Source: Candidatus Gottesmanbacteria bacterium
GTDB lineage: Bacteria; Patescibacteriota; Microgenomatia; UBA10105; UBA927
Reading direction: 5' to 3'
Length of the DNA stretch: 64,000 nucleotides
NCBI GenBank assembly: GCA_963701185.1
Contig: OY969569.1
Location: forward strand, 795,548-859,547
How positions within the stretch are numbered: the stretch's first letter is position 1; every line of letters begins with the position of its first letter. Below, one piece after another: positions 28,957-39,351 of this stretch. The translations under genes and the position numbers were made by a program. The notes beneath the pieces were generated by a model. The model was not told the DNA's origin and did no database searches. It worked only from the letters and a program-made list of their open reading frames with translations.

Positions 28957-29136
28957 TTATCAACTTATCCACCGCTACCAACTATTTATCCACTTTGTTA
29001 TCCACACGATCTCCACAGATAAAACGATTGTTTTGAGTCGTTGACACGAGACGTTAAAAAGCATACACTTTTCCACGCCGTTTTCTATTACTACTACTAT
29101 TGGATTATATAGAAGAAAAACAAAAACAAACCCTGT
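28957..29136. promoter_or_regulatory. oriC-like DnaA-box cluster plus AT-rich region between dnaA and dnaN
   Basis: TTATCCACC (28965-28973), TTATCCACT (28987-28995), TTATCCACA (28998-29006), TCCACAGAT (29012-29020), followed by AT-rich sequence up to dnaN. Confidence 0.6.
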
Positions 29137-30243
29137 ATGAATATTTCAATTCTCCAAGAAAACCTACTAAAAGCACTCACGCGAACGGGCAGAATCGTTG
29201 CACAAAAAACCCAATTGCCCATCATGCAGAATGTGCTTCTTGCGACGGATGACGCGCGACTCAAAATTGTTGCAACCACCATGGAAACGACAGAGGTTGT
29301 GTGGGCGGGCGCCAAGGTGGAAAGCGAAGGGGGGATATGTGTCTCTTCGAGACTGCTGACTGATCTTGTGATGTCTCTCCCTCAGGATACCATCCATATG
29401 GTGGCCAGAGAGGGGTCTCTTCATGTGAGGTGTAACGGCGTCAACGCGACCATTCCCGGCGTGCCCGCGTCCGAATTCCCTCCTGTTTCTTCCCTGAAAA
29501 AGAAAACAGGAATGAAGCTGGAAAAAACGACGTTTCTGGGCGCGCTCACCGGCGTGCTGTTTGCGGCCGCCACGGACGAGGGGAGGCCGCTTCTGACCGG
29601 CGTCAAAATCGCAACCGGCGACGGATCGGCGCTGTTTGCGGCCACGGACGGGTACCGCCTGTCCATGAAAAAAGTCGCGTCGGGAAAGTTTGGAGATATT
29701 CATTTGGTGATTCCTGCGCGGGCGCTGTCGGAGGTTGTGAAGGTGAGCCAGGAAGAAAAAGAAGTAGGCGTCGTAGAGATGGTAGAGACAGAAGAAGGGC
29801 AGATGGTCTTTACGATTGGAGACACGGAGATCCACACAAGGCCGATTGCCGGCGAATATCCCGATATCGAAAAAATTGTCCCTGCGCGGCACAATACGCG
29901 GGTATTGGTTGATAAAACAAGCCTCCTGCGCGCGGTCAAGTCTGCCTCTATATTTGCCCGGGACAACGCAAACATTCTCCGGCTTCATATTGAAAATCAG
30001 AAAATAATTGTGTCGGCCAACACTCCGCAGGTCGGGGAAAATCATGTGGAGGTGGAGGCCAAAGTGGACGGCGACGGGGGAGACATCGCCTTCAACAGCA
30101 GGTTTTTGCTGGAGTTCCTCAACGGGTTTGCCGGCGAAGAGCTTTTGTTTGAAATGACGGGGTCATTAAACTCCGGAGTCTTCCGCCCCGTGAAGGACGA
30201 CTCCTATCTTCACATCATTATGCCGGTGAGAGTTCAGAGTTGA
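29137..30243 (+). CDS. dnaN: DNA polymerase III beta sliding clamp
   Basis: 368 aa. 'MNISILQENLLKALTRTGRIVAQKTQLPIMQNVLL' plus the three-domain length. Canonical position after dnaA. Confidence 0.85.
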   Translation: MNISILQENLLKALTRTGRIVAQKTQLPIMQNVLLATDDARLKIVATTMETTEVVWAGAKVESEGGICVSSRLLTDLVMSLPQDTIHMVAREGSLHVRCNGVNATIPGVPASEFPPVSSLKKKTGMKLEKTTFLGALTGVLFAAATDEGRPLLTGVKIATGDGSALFAATDGYRLSMKKVASGKFGDIHLVIPARALSEVVKVSQEEKEVGVVEMVETEEGQMVFTIGDTEIHTRPIAGEYPDIEKIVPARHNTRVLVDKTSLLRAVKSASIFARDNANILRLHIENQKIIVSANTPQVGENHVEVEAKVDGDGGDIAFNSRFLLEFLNGFAGEELLFEMTGSLNSGVFRPVKDDSYLHIIMPVRVQS

Positions 30244-31229
30244 ATGGGTTCAGCCGGGATCAGCCAGAGAAACAGCGTTGCTTTTTGGATGGAGCCGGTA
30301 TTCGCTACCCCTGTTCCGGTCATGTAGATGGCGGGTAGCAGCAGGTTCTTCTGCGGCGCATAGACGATGGCGCTCTCCTCTATAACAAAGCGAGAAAAGC
30401 CGGGAATTTCTCCCTGCTCGGGCGTCTGTGGGTTGTGCGTATCCAAAAGCGTCCCTCGCCCCGCGGCAAGATTTTCAAGAATCTGATCGCCCGTCAAAAG
30501 CGGCACTGCGGCTCCCGCCTGAAATGACGCAGGCGGCGGGACAATGTTTGCAAAACGGATGATGCCGCCGCTGTCGGCGATGACGGAAACGGGCTCAATA
30601 CTTAAGTCGGGCGTCAACAGCGGGTAGGACGCCACGGTATAGGAATAGAAGTAATTTTTAAATGATGTCGGGGAGGGCGTGTCCAGTACGAGGAGTCCGT
30701 CAAAAGGGCCGCTTGTTGTTCCTGCGGCTTGTATGGAAAGGTTTGGTGTCGCAGGAACGAGGGTCTGTAAAAATTGCCGTACGGCGGCGTCCTGTGTGAT
30801 CGTATTTGGAGCCTGTTTGCTCTTTACCTGGCGGAAGGTGACAGAAATTATCCCGTTTGTTTGAGTGACCGCAAGGGCAGCCTCATCCGGCCGGGACCAC
30901 GTTTTGGTATATGAGCCGCCGCGGATAAGCGTGCTTGGGGTAGCGTCCAGGTCAAGGGCGGCAGCGGCGTTTCCGGCAGTTTTTTCAACAGATGAAAGAG
31001 GCGCCGGCTGAAACGTATATATCGGAAGCGATGCGGGAATGGTGGGAGGCGCGGAGAATGAGAACGCGACCTTTGCCGGCTGAGTAAATATGCCAGTCGG
31101 CCCGGGCGCGGCAAGTGTCGGTTCGGGGTGGGAGGAAGGGGGAGGCGCGGACTGACGCACAACAAGCGCCAGCACGGCGGCAACACCGACGATAAAAATA
31201 ATCCCAACAAACAGTAGTTTTTTATTCAT
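30234..31229 (-). CDS. hypothetical exported protein (last gene of the T4SS-like operon)
   Basis: N-terminal anchor 'LLFVGIIFIVGVAAVLALVV', then a Pro-rich stretch. Lies directly downstream of the M23 peptidase gene. Confidence 0.4.
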   Translation of the reverse strand: MNKKLLFVGIIFIVGVAAVLALVVRQSAPPPSSHPEPTLAAPGPTGIFTQPAKVAFSFSAPPTIPASLPIYTFQPAPLSSVEKTAGNAAAALDLDATPSTLIRGGSYTKTWSRPDEAALAVTQTNGIISVTFRQVKSKQAPNTITQDAAVRQFLQTLVPATPNLSIQAAGTTSGPFDGLLVLDTPSPTSFKNYFYSYTVASYPLLTPDLSIEPVSVIADSGGIIRFANIVPPPASFQAGAAVPLLTGDQILENLAAGRGTLLDTHNPQTPEQGEIPGFSRFVIEESAIVYAPQKNLLLPAIYMTGTGVANTGSIQKATLFLWLIPAEPIQL

Positions 31230-31230
31230 A

Positions 31231-33273
31231 CTATTTTCTCCCCGTGGTTATCGCCGTTGCCGGACACGCCTTTGTGCATCCTGACACATTTGATACACAG
31301 CCGTTAATCGCTTCGGGCGACAGCTTTGGGTTCCCGGTGGGCACAAAATCCAGAACGTTGCCGCCCGAAAGTACGCCAAAGTGCAGATGGGTGCCTGTGG
31401 AGTTTCCCGTCTGATCCATCCACCCCAACTGCGCGTGCGCGTCAACGTGTTGTCCTGCCCGTACCGCAATGGCACTCTCCAGATGGCCAAAAATGAGCGT
31501 GTACCCATCGTCTGTTTTTAGAATAACATGATTGCCGTACCCTGCATATGCCGGGCTTCCGCCGCATGTGTTGCCGGGGCGCCCGGAATTGTTTGAACAC
31601 CCCCCATAGGCCTCAATGACGGTTCCTGCCCTCGGTGTGTAGACGGGGCCTCCGGAAAAACTGGCAATATCAATGCCGTTTGCCGCCGATCCCGCCGCAT
31701 GTGATGTTCTGGCGGTACAATGTGCCGCAGTGCGCGGCCCCTGGGAAATGTAGCCGCTTGCCGGCCAGCGGCAATCGCCGGAACAGGCAGTAAACTTGCA
31801 CTGCGGATTATCGGGCGTCAGTTGGCAATTGACGACTGGGCCGCCCTCCATGCCGCCCTCGGCGCTTGTGGCAATCGACGTGTCGATCATGGACTGGTTA
31901 AATGCGGGGAGATTTAAGAGGGGGAATATCGGAAGGAAGAAAACAAGGACAACGCCCGCCCCGACAACAAGAATCAGGTTGTCTTCGGGGTTTTTGCTGT
32001 TGCCCATAAACAGAAGGCTTTTGAAGACGGAGACGGCTTTATTAACCGCCCCTTTGAGAAGATCCGCCCCGATCATTATCAATGCGCCCACGCCGCCCGT
32101 GGCGGCCCCGGTAGCCGCCTCCAATCCCAGTTTTGTTACCCCGCTGACCGCCGCCTTTTTTACCCCTGCCTTAATTCCTGCCCGTATGGCATAATTGGCG
32201 CCCGTCCAAACGAGCCGCCGGCCGTAACCCAGGACGACCGGACTGTAACAAGGGATATTGCCCACAACGACCCCCTGCGATGCGACGAGCCGGTATGTTT
32301 CGATATAGGTAATGACGCGTTCGGTTGCCGGACCGCGGAACACCGTTGTGGCGACATCGGAAACGAGGGCGGTAAATTTGGATGTAACTTTTAGCGCGCT
32401 TTTCTGGTCGCTCATCATGCGGTTGGCGTCAGTCTGCAGCGCCGTAAACCAGGAAGAATTTACAAAATCTGCCCCCCACCTGTCCGTCATCGTTCCCATG
32501 ACGGTTTGCGGCAGCGCCTCGGGGTGATTGACAATAGTAGTCAGCGGCTGCAGGAGAATTTTATTGACGACCGCTTCTTTGGCGGCGAGGGGTACGACAG
32601 CGTCCAGCACGGACGCAACACTTTTTTGAAAATCATTGGACGCAAGTATGGAAAAAGATTGTGGGGGCGGAAATGTGCCGGCGGGGGAGGAGAGAACCTT
32701 CGCAGCCTCAGTTGCTTCAACCGCGCGGGGAACGAGCTCTTTGATTTCGCGGTCCGGCTGTTCGGAAGCAAACGAAGCCAGCGCGTGAAAAACGAGCGCT
32801 TTTTCTTCCGGCGGCCCGGGGTAACGGATCGCGGCGCTGATGGCGCCCTGTATCCGCTCCGGTGATACCGGAGCGCCCTCCCGTTCCGGCGGCACGGGCG
32901 CCCGCATTTCGGGGAGCGGTCCATTTGATTTTTTTGCGTTTTCTTTTAGCGCCTCAACGAATTTTTTTGACGCCGTTGCCGCATTGACCCTTTGCTCTTT
33001 TGCCGCGGCAAACTCGCGGTCAAACTCCTCAACCAGTTCGTTAATCTTGGGGTTGATATTTCGCTGGATCCCGTCGGTTTCAGCGGCCGGCATTGTTATT
33101 TCAAAAAAGCGCAGGAACGCCTCGGTTGGCTCTCTGAGAAAAGGCCACGATCCAAAAGGGTTTGCCTCCGGATATTTATTAAAAAACCCTTCAAGCGTTT
33201 CCGGATCCTCCTGGAGCTTCAGCAAGCACCCGAGCGCCCGTTCGATTTCTTGTGATGATGCAAATTCTGCCAT
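31231..33273 (-). CDS. T4SS-associated membrane protein with a C-terminal M23 (lysostaphin-type) peptidoglycan peptidase domain
   Basis: About 420-aa N-terminal region, a TM (LILVVGAGVVLVFFLPIFPLL), then an M23 domain ('PRAGTVIEAYGG...GYGNHVILKTDDGYTLIFGHL...GNSTGTHLHFGV') with the HxH zinc motif. Confidence 0.65.
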   Translation of the reverse strand: MAEFASSQEIERALGCLLKLQEDPETLEGFFNKYPEANPFGSWPFLREPTEAFLRFFEITMPAAETDGIQRNINPKINELVEEFDREFAAAKEQRVNAATASKKFVEALKENAKKSNGPLPEMRAPVPPEREGAPVSPERIQGAISAAIRYPGPPEEKALVFHALASFASEQPDREIKELVPRAVEATEAAKVLSSPAGTFPPPQSFSILASNDFQKSVASVLDAVVPLAAKEAVVNKILLQPLTTIVNHPEALPQTVMGTMTDRWGADFVNSSWFTALQTDANRMMSDQKSALKVTSKFTALVSDVATTVFRGPATERVITYIETYRLVASQGVVVGNIPCYSPVVLGYGRRLVWTGANYAIRAGIKAGVKKAAVSGVTKLGLEAATGAATGGVGALIMIGADLLKGAVNKAVSVFKSLLFMGNSKNPEDNLILVVGAGVVLVFFLPIFPLLNLPAFNQSMIDTSIATSAEGGMEGGPVVNCQLTPDNPQCKFTACSGDCRWPASGYISQGPRTAAHCTARTSHAAGSAANGIDIASFSGGPVYTPRAGTVIEAYGGCSNNSGRPGNTCGGSPAYAGYGNHVILKTDDGYTLIFGHLESAIAVRAGQHVDAHAQLGWMDQTGNSTGTHLHFGVLSGGNVLDFVPTGNPKLSPEAINGCVSNVSGCTKACPATAITTGRK

Positions 33274-33277
33274 AGCC

Positions 33278-35176
33278 TTATACCTTTTCTACGGTAAATA
33301 TCGGGCGGGAGCTTTTATCTTCTTCGGTTATCATGGTTGGTTTTTCCTGCGGCGCGGTAGCCTTTATCTGAACCTGTTTTTCTAATTCCTGTGGTTTAGT
33401 TGTGGCAAGCGCGTGTTCTTCAGGTGAAGAAATGACCCTAATGGCCGCGTGGGCCGGTCCGGCAAAAAACAACCCCTCGCCGATATCGGCAGACAAGAGA
33501 AGGTGCTGTTCCCCCTCGGAGAGATAGAAGACATCAGCGACCTTGTCGATGGCGGCGGACGACTGTTTAAGCAGTATCTGAACACTGCTGTTTTGAATGA
33601 TGGATTTTCCGAGGTCAACGGTTAAAAAATCTTCGACATCCTGAGTAATGGTCGTGAGACCGAGATAATATTTGCGCGCTCGTTTGGCAATAGAATTGAG
33701 GAATGCCCCGGAATCAGGATATTTCATCATGTACCACGCCTCGTCAACGATGAGGATCCGGCGTTTGGCGTCGCGGCGTATTTTGGTCCAGATATAGTCA
33801 AGGATAAGGTACATGGCGATGGGCCGCAGCTCATCCTCCAAATCCCGGATGGAGAATACCGTGAGCTGGTTTCGTATTTCCACGTTGGTCTGCCGGTCAA
33901 AAATCCCGACCAGACTCCCTTTGACGAATTTTTCTATGCGGTCGGCAAGACCCCGCGCAGTCGGATCTTCCATACCGGTAAGGGCTTTATACAAATCTTC
34001 CATGAGCGGCGGCTCGCGGGTCTGGGTGGCGGGATCCGGCGTAATGCCTTTTTGTTTGTAGGTAAGGATCAGGGCCCGGTCAAGGAGGGCATCTTCCGTG
34101 GGAGTGAGCTTTCCCATGACAACGCGGAAAAATCCGTGCAGGGACAATATCTTTTGGTTGAGCTCGCTTTCCCCCCCTGCGCCTTTCGTTTGGGTGAACA
34201 AAGACAGGTCAAACGGATTGATTTTTGTCGTTGAGCCGAAGTGGAAGCGGATGTATTCGCCGCCTAAGGCGTGGGAGAGTGATTCGTATTCTGATTCCGG
34301 ATCGATGACGATGACCTCCGTGTCGAACATAAGACTGCGCATAATTTCCAGTTTCACCATGTACGATTTTCCAGAACCGGATTTTCCGAAGACCACCGTA
34401 TTTGCATTCTCTAAGGTAAACCGGTCAAAAATAACAAGGCTGTCATTATGTTCGTTGATGCCGTACAGAACCCCTTCATTGGCGGTGAGCTCCGATGTCG
34501 TAAACGGAAATGTGGTGGCAAGGGACGTGGTATCCATATTCCTGGTGATAACGAGCCGGTCGCGCCCCATGGGGAGCGTCGTTTTGAAGCCTTCCTCCAT
34601 CTGCAGGATTGCGCGCTTGGTGATAATCAGAAGAGCCGCAAGGGCGGCTTCAACCTGTTTTGTCGTTTTATTGAGGTCCTCCAGATTTTTGGCAGGGACC
34701 GTGATATACAGGGCAAACTGAAAAAAGCGCTGGGAGCCCTTGGCCAGCTCCTGCTGGAGAGATACCGCATCTTCAAGCGCGACTTGAATGGAGGGCTCTG
34801 TTGCCCTTCCGCGCTTCATGTCCGACTGGATTGTGGCCTCCATTTCGCCGACCCTGCGCTTGAGGTTTTCCAACACCTCTTCGCTTTTAGTGGGATAGAC
34901 ATACATGGCAATATCCAGCGTGTGATTGAAAGAAATAAGCGGCTCCAGCCAATTGGCGGATACAAACCGCGGATACCCGGCAACGAAGAGCGTGCGGAAA
35001 TACCGGTCGCCGATTTTTATCGTATCAAAATCCACTTCAATTGCCGGCGGGGCGACGAGGTCTTTTATGGTCATGGGGCCCTGCCTGTCGGCAGGCAGGC
35101 CGCCGTCTCCGGTCGAGGCGGGCATGGGATTGATGAATTTTTTCACTGCAGATTGTACGCGTTTGGTTAGATCCAT
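33278..35176 (-). CDS. virB4: type IV secretion system ATPase VirB4/TraC/TrbE family
   Basis: Walker A 'VVFGKSGSGKSYMVK', Walker B 'ILIVDEAWYMM', 'LGLTTITQDVEDF'. About 630 aa, consistent with Gram-positive/CPR-type VirB4. Confidence 0.8.
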   Translation of the reverse strand: MDLTKRVQSAVKKFINPMPASTGDGGLPADRQGPMTIKDLVAPPAIEVDFDTIKIGDRYFRTLFVAGYPRFVSANWLEPLISFNHTLDIAMYVYPTKSEEVLENLKRRVGEMEATIQSDMKRGRATEPSIQVALEDAVSLQQELAKGSQRFFQFALYITVPAKNLEDLNKTTKQVEAALAALLIITKRAILQMEEGFKTTLPMGRDRLVITRNMDTTSLATTFPFTTSELTANEGVLYGINEHNDSLVIFDRFTLENANTVVFGKSGSGKSYMVKLEIMRSLMFDTEVIVIDPESEYESLSHALGGEYIRFHFGSTTKINPFDLSLFTQTKGAGGESELNQKILSLHGFFRVVMGKLTPTEDALLDRALILTYKQKGITPDPATQTREPPLMEDLYKALTGMEDPTARGLADRIEKFVKGSLVGIFDRQTNVEIRNQLTVFSIRDLEDELRPIAMYLILDYIWTKIRRDAKRRILIVDEAWYMMKYPDSGAFLNSIAKRARKYYLGLTTITQDVEDFLTVDLGKSIIQNSSVQILLKQSSAAIDKVADVFYLSEGEQHLLLSADIGEGLFFAGPAHAAIRVISSPEEHALATTKPQELEKQVQIKATAPQEKPTMITEEDKSSRPIFTVEKV

Positions 35177-35180
35177 AGGT

Positions 35181-35840
35181 TTAGGTTCCCACCGCCTTTT
35201 CGATATTTTCAGCGCTCACAATCGGCGCGCCCTGGTTATAGATTTCGTAAAACAGCCGCACGAGCCGCTCATTGGTTAATTGTTTTGCCGAGAGACCTAT
35301 GCGGTTGCAAAGCCGTATGATTTGGTCCCCTTTGGGGGTAAGGACAATTATGGCCCGTTCGAAAATATAGGGCCTCGGGTACGGGAGGCCCCGCCTTTTG
35401 GACCCGCCAAGAAGCACGTTGGCGCTTGCCCCCAGCTCCAGATATGAAAACGGTACGACAATATAAAACTTTTTATCCAGCACATCTTTCTCCTTGACGG
35501 TGGCCGCCACAAACAGGCGGTATCCGTGCATGGCAGCGGCAAGCTTCGGATTTTTTTGCGTTTTTTCCCTGTCCTCCAGCGTCCGGAGGTATGCCGTCAC
35601 GTCTTTGTGTTGGGTGCGGATCAAAATTTCAATCGGGAAGGAGAGCGAATTTAACAGACCCGCGTACGCGTAAATAATTGCATCCTGTTCCTTTTCGGAT
35701 AGCAATCCGAAATTAACCGCGGTCGCGGATATAACCATGGAGCAGGAGCCGTCGGCGTACATGACCAGACCATGGTCAATGGTTTCTATTTCCGTGAATA
35801 GCTGTGTTGAGGATCTGATGGGTACGATTGGGTCAGGCAT
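35181..35840 (-). CDS. hypothetical T4SS-operon protein
   Basis: ORF 35181..36053 trimmed to Met72 (MPDPIVPIRS) so it does not overlap the upstream gene ending at 35851. Located between the PrgI-like and VirB4 genes. Confidence 0.4.
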   Translation of the reverse strand: MPDPIVPIRSSTQLFTEIETIDHGLVMYADGSCSMVISATAVNFGLLSEKEQDAIIYAYAGLLNSLSFPIEILIRTQHKDVTAYLRTLEDREKTQKNPKLAAAMHGYRLFVAATVKEKDVLDKKFYIVVPFSYLELGASANVLLGGSKRRGLPYPRPYIFERAIIVLTPKGDQIIRLCNRIGLSAKQLTNERLVRLFYEIYNQGAPIVSAENIEKAVGT

Positions 35841-35850
35841 ATGGGTATAA

Positions 35851-37044
35851 CTATGTCGGTGCCCCGAACAATTCCTTCTCAAGCTTTGCCCGCGTGATTT
35901 CTTTTTCGGTTTTTGCAAAAATCTCAAGCGCCGGTACGATCGACCCGTTGAGGGTGATCTGGGCGCGGTCAAAGGTAAAGCGAAGCCGGGGGTCTTCCGT
36001 TTCCACAAAATAGATGCCGTTGGGAAGCTGGGTGGACGCCGCAAACTGGCCAAGGCGGTTGGTTTTGAGGGCCCGCAGCGGCATGCCGTCTTTGTCTTTT
36101 ACTGTTACCAGGACGCCGGGCAGCAAATTTTTGTCTTTGTCTTTGACGATTCCGGTGACGATGTTGGGAAATGTCGTGAGGCGTGGTAATCCCACTTTTG
36201 CCGCGCGTCCGGGACCTATGACCTGAATGGTGGGCATCTTCGCCTGCCCGGCGGGTGTTTGCGTAACGGTAGTAGTGGGAGGGTTATATTCAGGAGGGCT
36301 TTGAAGCGAACGGAGTTTGGCGAGTTCCGCCATCATCTTTTCCTGTTCGGCCAAGAGCTCGGTTAGCTGGGCCTGCAGTTCCGCGACACGCGATTCCGCC
36401 GCGGTTTTACTCTCCAATTCCGAGGTGAGTTTTTTGAGTTTGTCTTCCAGGGCTGATTCTTTTTGCTGGGTCTCTGTAAGCTCTTTTGAAACATTTGGTG
36501 CGGGTCTTACAATAGGCGGCGGAGAAAGGTCCATGTGCGGCACCGGCGCCGTCTTGGGTTTGGGCGCCCACAAATCGGCAAGCCGATCAGCGATGCCCTT
36601 TTTGGGAGCAGATACAGTTACGACGCCGGCAGTAGTAGCCGGCGGCGAAGGAACAAAAATATTCTGCAAAATATCTCCCTTTCGGGTTGGGGGAGATGCC
36701 GGGGCGGTTTGTGTTTTTTCCGGCACTGCGGGCCGGGGATTCTCGGTTTTTGGCCGGCTCCAGACATACTGCGTTGGGTTATAAATACTCTTGATAAACG
36801 AAAGGACCCATACATCCATAGGGCGTTCCTCAATCGGCACAAACGCGAGCCCGAATCCGGCAACCGCACTGGTGACCGCCAGCGGCAGGGTAATGAAAAA
36901 CGGCAAGGGCAGCTTGTACATGATGTAGGCTCCAATCGCTCCTCCGACCAAATACCCGAATTGTTTGAGGGTCATGTCGCCGATGAGGCGGAATTGAAAT
37001 GTCGTAACGTTTTGCGGGACAGGATGTTGTTCCATATATAACAA
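35851..37044 (-). CDS. PrgI/VirB3-like T4SS membrane protein with an extended Pro-rich/coiled-coil C-terminal region
   Basis: N-terminal 'FQFRLIGDMTLKQFGYLVGGAIGAYIMYKLPLPFFITLPLAVTSAVAGFGLAFVPIEERPMDVWV' is a PrgI-like two-TM module. Pro/Ala-rich linker, coiled coil, then a C-terminal globular part. Confidence 0.5.
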   Translation of the reverse strand: MLYMEQHPVPQNVTTFQFRLIGDMTLKQFGYLVGGAIGAYIMYKLPLPFFITLPLAVTSAVAGFGLAFVPIEERPMDVWVLSFIKSIYNPTQYVWSRPKTENPRPAVPEKTQTAPASPPTRKGDILQNIFVPSPPATTAGVVTVSAPKKGIADRLADLWAPKPKTAPVPHMDLSPPPIVRPAPNVSKELTETQQKESALEDKLKKLTSELESKTAAESRVAELQAQLTELLAEQEKMMAELAKLRSLQSPPEYNPPTTTVTQTPAGQAKMPTIQVIGPGRAAKVGLPRLTTFPNIVTGIVKDKDKNLLPGVLVTVKDKDGMPLRALKTNRLGQFAASTQLPNGIYFVETEDPRLRFTFDRAQITLNGSIVPALEIFAKTEKEITRAKLEKELFGAPT

Positions 37045-37190
37045 ACGACGAGCGTCGCTATAGTAATTATTCTAAAAGGTAATTTTGCATGGCGCAATAG
37101 TGCAAAGCGCATCAGGACCGTGAAAACTGAAAATTTTTCCGTGAAAATTTTCATCCCGAGCGAAGTCGAAGGATATGCTACAATGAGCGT

Positions 37191-37754
37191 ATGAAAATCG
37201 GAATTCTCGGCGGTTCGTTTGATCCGCCGCACTTCGGACACCTTCTTCTGGCCCGGCAGACGAGAGAAATTATGGGCTTGGATGAAATTTGGCTTATGCC
37301 GTATTTTGCTCACAGTTGGGACCCGACTCTCTCGCCGGCCGCAGACCGGCTTGCGATGGCCAAACTTATCGAAGAACCCGGCATTGTGGTGTCGGAGGAG
37401 GAAATAGGAGAGAGGACGACAAACTACACCATCGATACCGTCCGCCGGCTGAAAACCAAGAACCACCATACATTTTCTTGGATTGTCGGCAGCGATATTT
37501 TGGAGGAATTTGAGCGGTGGCGCGACCACGATGCGCTTTCGGAGGAAGTGCCGTTTCTCGTATTTCCGCGAAACGGATACCCGACGTCCTCGGCTCTCCC
37601 GCCGGGATTCACACTCATTGATTCTCCCGACATCATTACGTCAAACATTTCCTCCACGATCGTACGGAAGCGCCTGCAGCAGTCGCATTCGGTGGTCGGG
37701 CTCATTCCTGCCGATGTGCTCGCCTACATTCATGAGCACGGACTGTATAAATAA
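37191..37754 (+). CDS. nadD: nicotinate-nucleotide adenylyltransferase
   Basis: 'MKIGILGGSFDPPHFGHLLLA' is the (H/T)xGH nucleotidyltransferase motif. About 190 aa. Confidence 0.85.
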   Translation: MKIGILGGSFDPPHFGHLLLARQTREIMGLDEIWLMPYFAHSWDPTLSPAADRLAMAKLIEEPGIVVSEEEIGERTTNYTIDTVRRLKTKNHHTFSWIVGSDILEEFERWRDHDALSEEVPFLVFPRNGYPTSSALPPGFTLIDSPDIITSNISSTIVRKRLQQSHSVVGLIPADVLAYIHEHGLYK

Positions 37755-37793
37755 AATTCTAAGTATTAAGTTTTGGGTACTTAGCATTTAAAT

Positions 37794-38549
37794 ATGAAAC
37801 TTATAGATCCGCAGCAGACGTCCGAACAATTGACCAACTTTTTGAAAACCAGTTTCGCGCGCGCAGGTTTTTCCAACGCCGTGATCGGGCTTTCCGGGGG
37901 CGTGGATTCGGCAACAAGCTGTATTCTGGCTATCCGGGCACTCGGCGCCGATCATGTGTATCCGGTGCTTTTGCCGTACGGCGTTCTCAGTACGCAGGCG
38001 ACGCTGGATGCCATGAGCGTCATCGAACTGCTCAAAATTTCTCCGTCGAATGTTACCCGCGTTGACATTAAACCCGTGATTGACCCCATAGCGCCGCAAG
38101 ACAATATTCGCCGGGGCAATATGATGGCACGAACCCGCATGATGATTTTGTTTGACCAGGCAAAGAAACGTGACGCTTTGGTAGTGGGGACGGAAAATAA
38201 AAGCGAGCATCTCCTGGGTTACTTTACCCGGTACGGAGACGAGGCAAGCGATATTGAGCCCTTGCGGAATCTCTACAAAACTCAGGTGTATGAATTGGCA
38301 AAATATCTGGGCGTGCCTGAGGCGATTCTCACCAAAAAGCCCACGGCGGGTCTGTGGGAAGGGCAGACGGACGAAGGAGAATTCGGATTTACCTACAAAG
38401 ACGCGGATGAGATTCTGTTTCTCTCATTCGACGAAAAAAAATCGGATGAGCAAATTATTGCCGCAGGATTTTTCAAAGAAATTGTGGAAAAAGTGCTGGC
38501 CCGCGTCCGCGCCAATGACTTCAAACACCATTTGCCAATAATCCTATAG
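37794..38549 (+). CDS. nadE: NH3-dependent NAD+ synthetase
   Basis: PP-loop 'GLSGGVDSATS' and 'VVGTENKSEHLLGYFTRYGDEASD'. Confidence 0.85.
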   Translation: MKLIDPQQTSEQLTNFLKTSFARAGFSNAVIGLSGGVDSATSCILAIRALGADHVYPVLLPYGVLSTQATLDAMSVIELLKISPSNVTRVDIKPVIDPIAPQDNIRRGNMMARTRMMILFDQAKKRDALVVGTENKSEHLLGYFTRYGDEASDIEPLRNLYKTQVYELAKYLGVPEAILTKKPTAGLWEGQTDEGEFGFTYKDADEILFLSFDEKKSDEQIIAAGFFKEIVEKVLARVRANDFKHHLPIIL

Positions 38550-38587
38550 TTTGACTTTTCTTTAAAAAAATGGTATAAATTTGAACC

Positions 38588-39268
38588 ATGTCTAGATCAG
38601 AAAATGGAAAAGGTGTAACACCAAAAGAAAACACTATTTGGTATCAATCTCTTCAAAGAGCGGGTCTTGCGTTACGAGAACGGCGAATAGACACAGCTCT
38701 GAACGAACTGGAGTTTGCGAGTAACAACCGTCCAACCCAAAACAAAGATGAGCTGCCCGGATTTTTCTATGACCCTCAATATTCAATGTGTATTCCACAT
38801 GGTGTAGTGGGACTAGCGTATACCGCCGTCACAATTTATCAAGATACAGATGCCGCATACAGAATTCTTAATTTTGTAGAGGAAAAATGGGATGAAAAGG
38901 GAACTGCACTTGAAGATACCTGGTTTGAATTATCGAAAGAAGCAATAAAACAGAAGAGGTTTGAAGATGCATCTGTTTTTTTCCGTCGAAGCAGAGATGC
39001 CCATCGAACCCAATATCAAGAGCGTATTCCGTTTTTTGAATTGTGGAATTATTGTCGGTCATATATAAGAAATTGGTATACTGACAGACAATATGCAGAT
39101 GCTGCAGGCGCACTTTTCATGGTTGCACGAAACGGTAAAGATCCAGAGGTAGGTATGATGGCCGAACGATTAGCAAGGAAATTATTAGATGGGGATGCTT
39201 GGGCGGATTGGGAGGGTTTTCACAAAGCTATACGAGAATTAGACAAGGCATTGGGCGCTCCATGGTAA
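38588..39268 (+). CDS. hypothetical protein (first gene of the AT-rich island)
   Basis: 226-aa ORF, AT-rich. No recognisable domain. Confidence 0.35.
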   Translation: MSRSENGKGVTPKENTIWYQSLQRAGLALRERRIDTALNELEFASNNRPTQNKDELPGFFYDPQYSMCIPHGVVGLAYTAVTIYQDTDAAYRILNFVEEKWDEKGTALEDTWFELSKEAIKQKRFEDASVFFRRSRDAHRTQYQERIPFFELWNYCRSYIRNWYTDRQYADAAGALFMVARNGKDPEVGMMAERLARKLLDGDAWADWEGFHKAIRELDKALGAPW

Positions 39269-39351
39269 AGTGATGATATTAAACGCCGCTTGGCAATACT
39301 ACTGTAATGTAACCTTCGTCTTGCGCCCCACCTCCCACTAGCGATACAATC

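Noticed and set aside
31248-33255. Numerous 60-190-aa ORFs on both strands inside the large genes (valS, DUF4012-like, SecA-like, dnaA, M23 and VirB4 genes, the giant protein)
   Set aside because: Arg/Pro/Gly-rich shadow frames of GC-rich coding sequence, fully nested in longer ORFs with clear homology. Not reported as genes.
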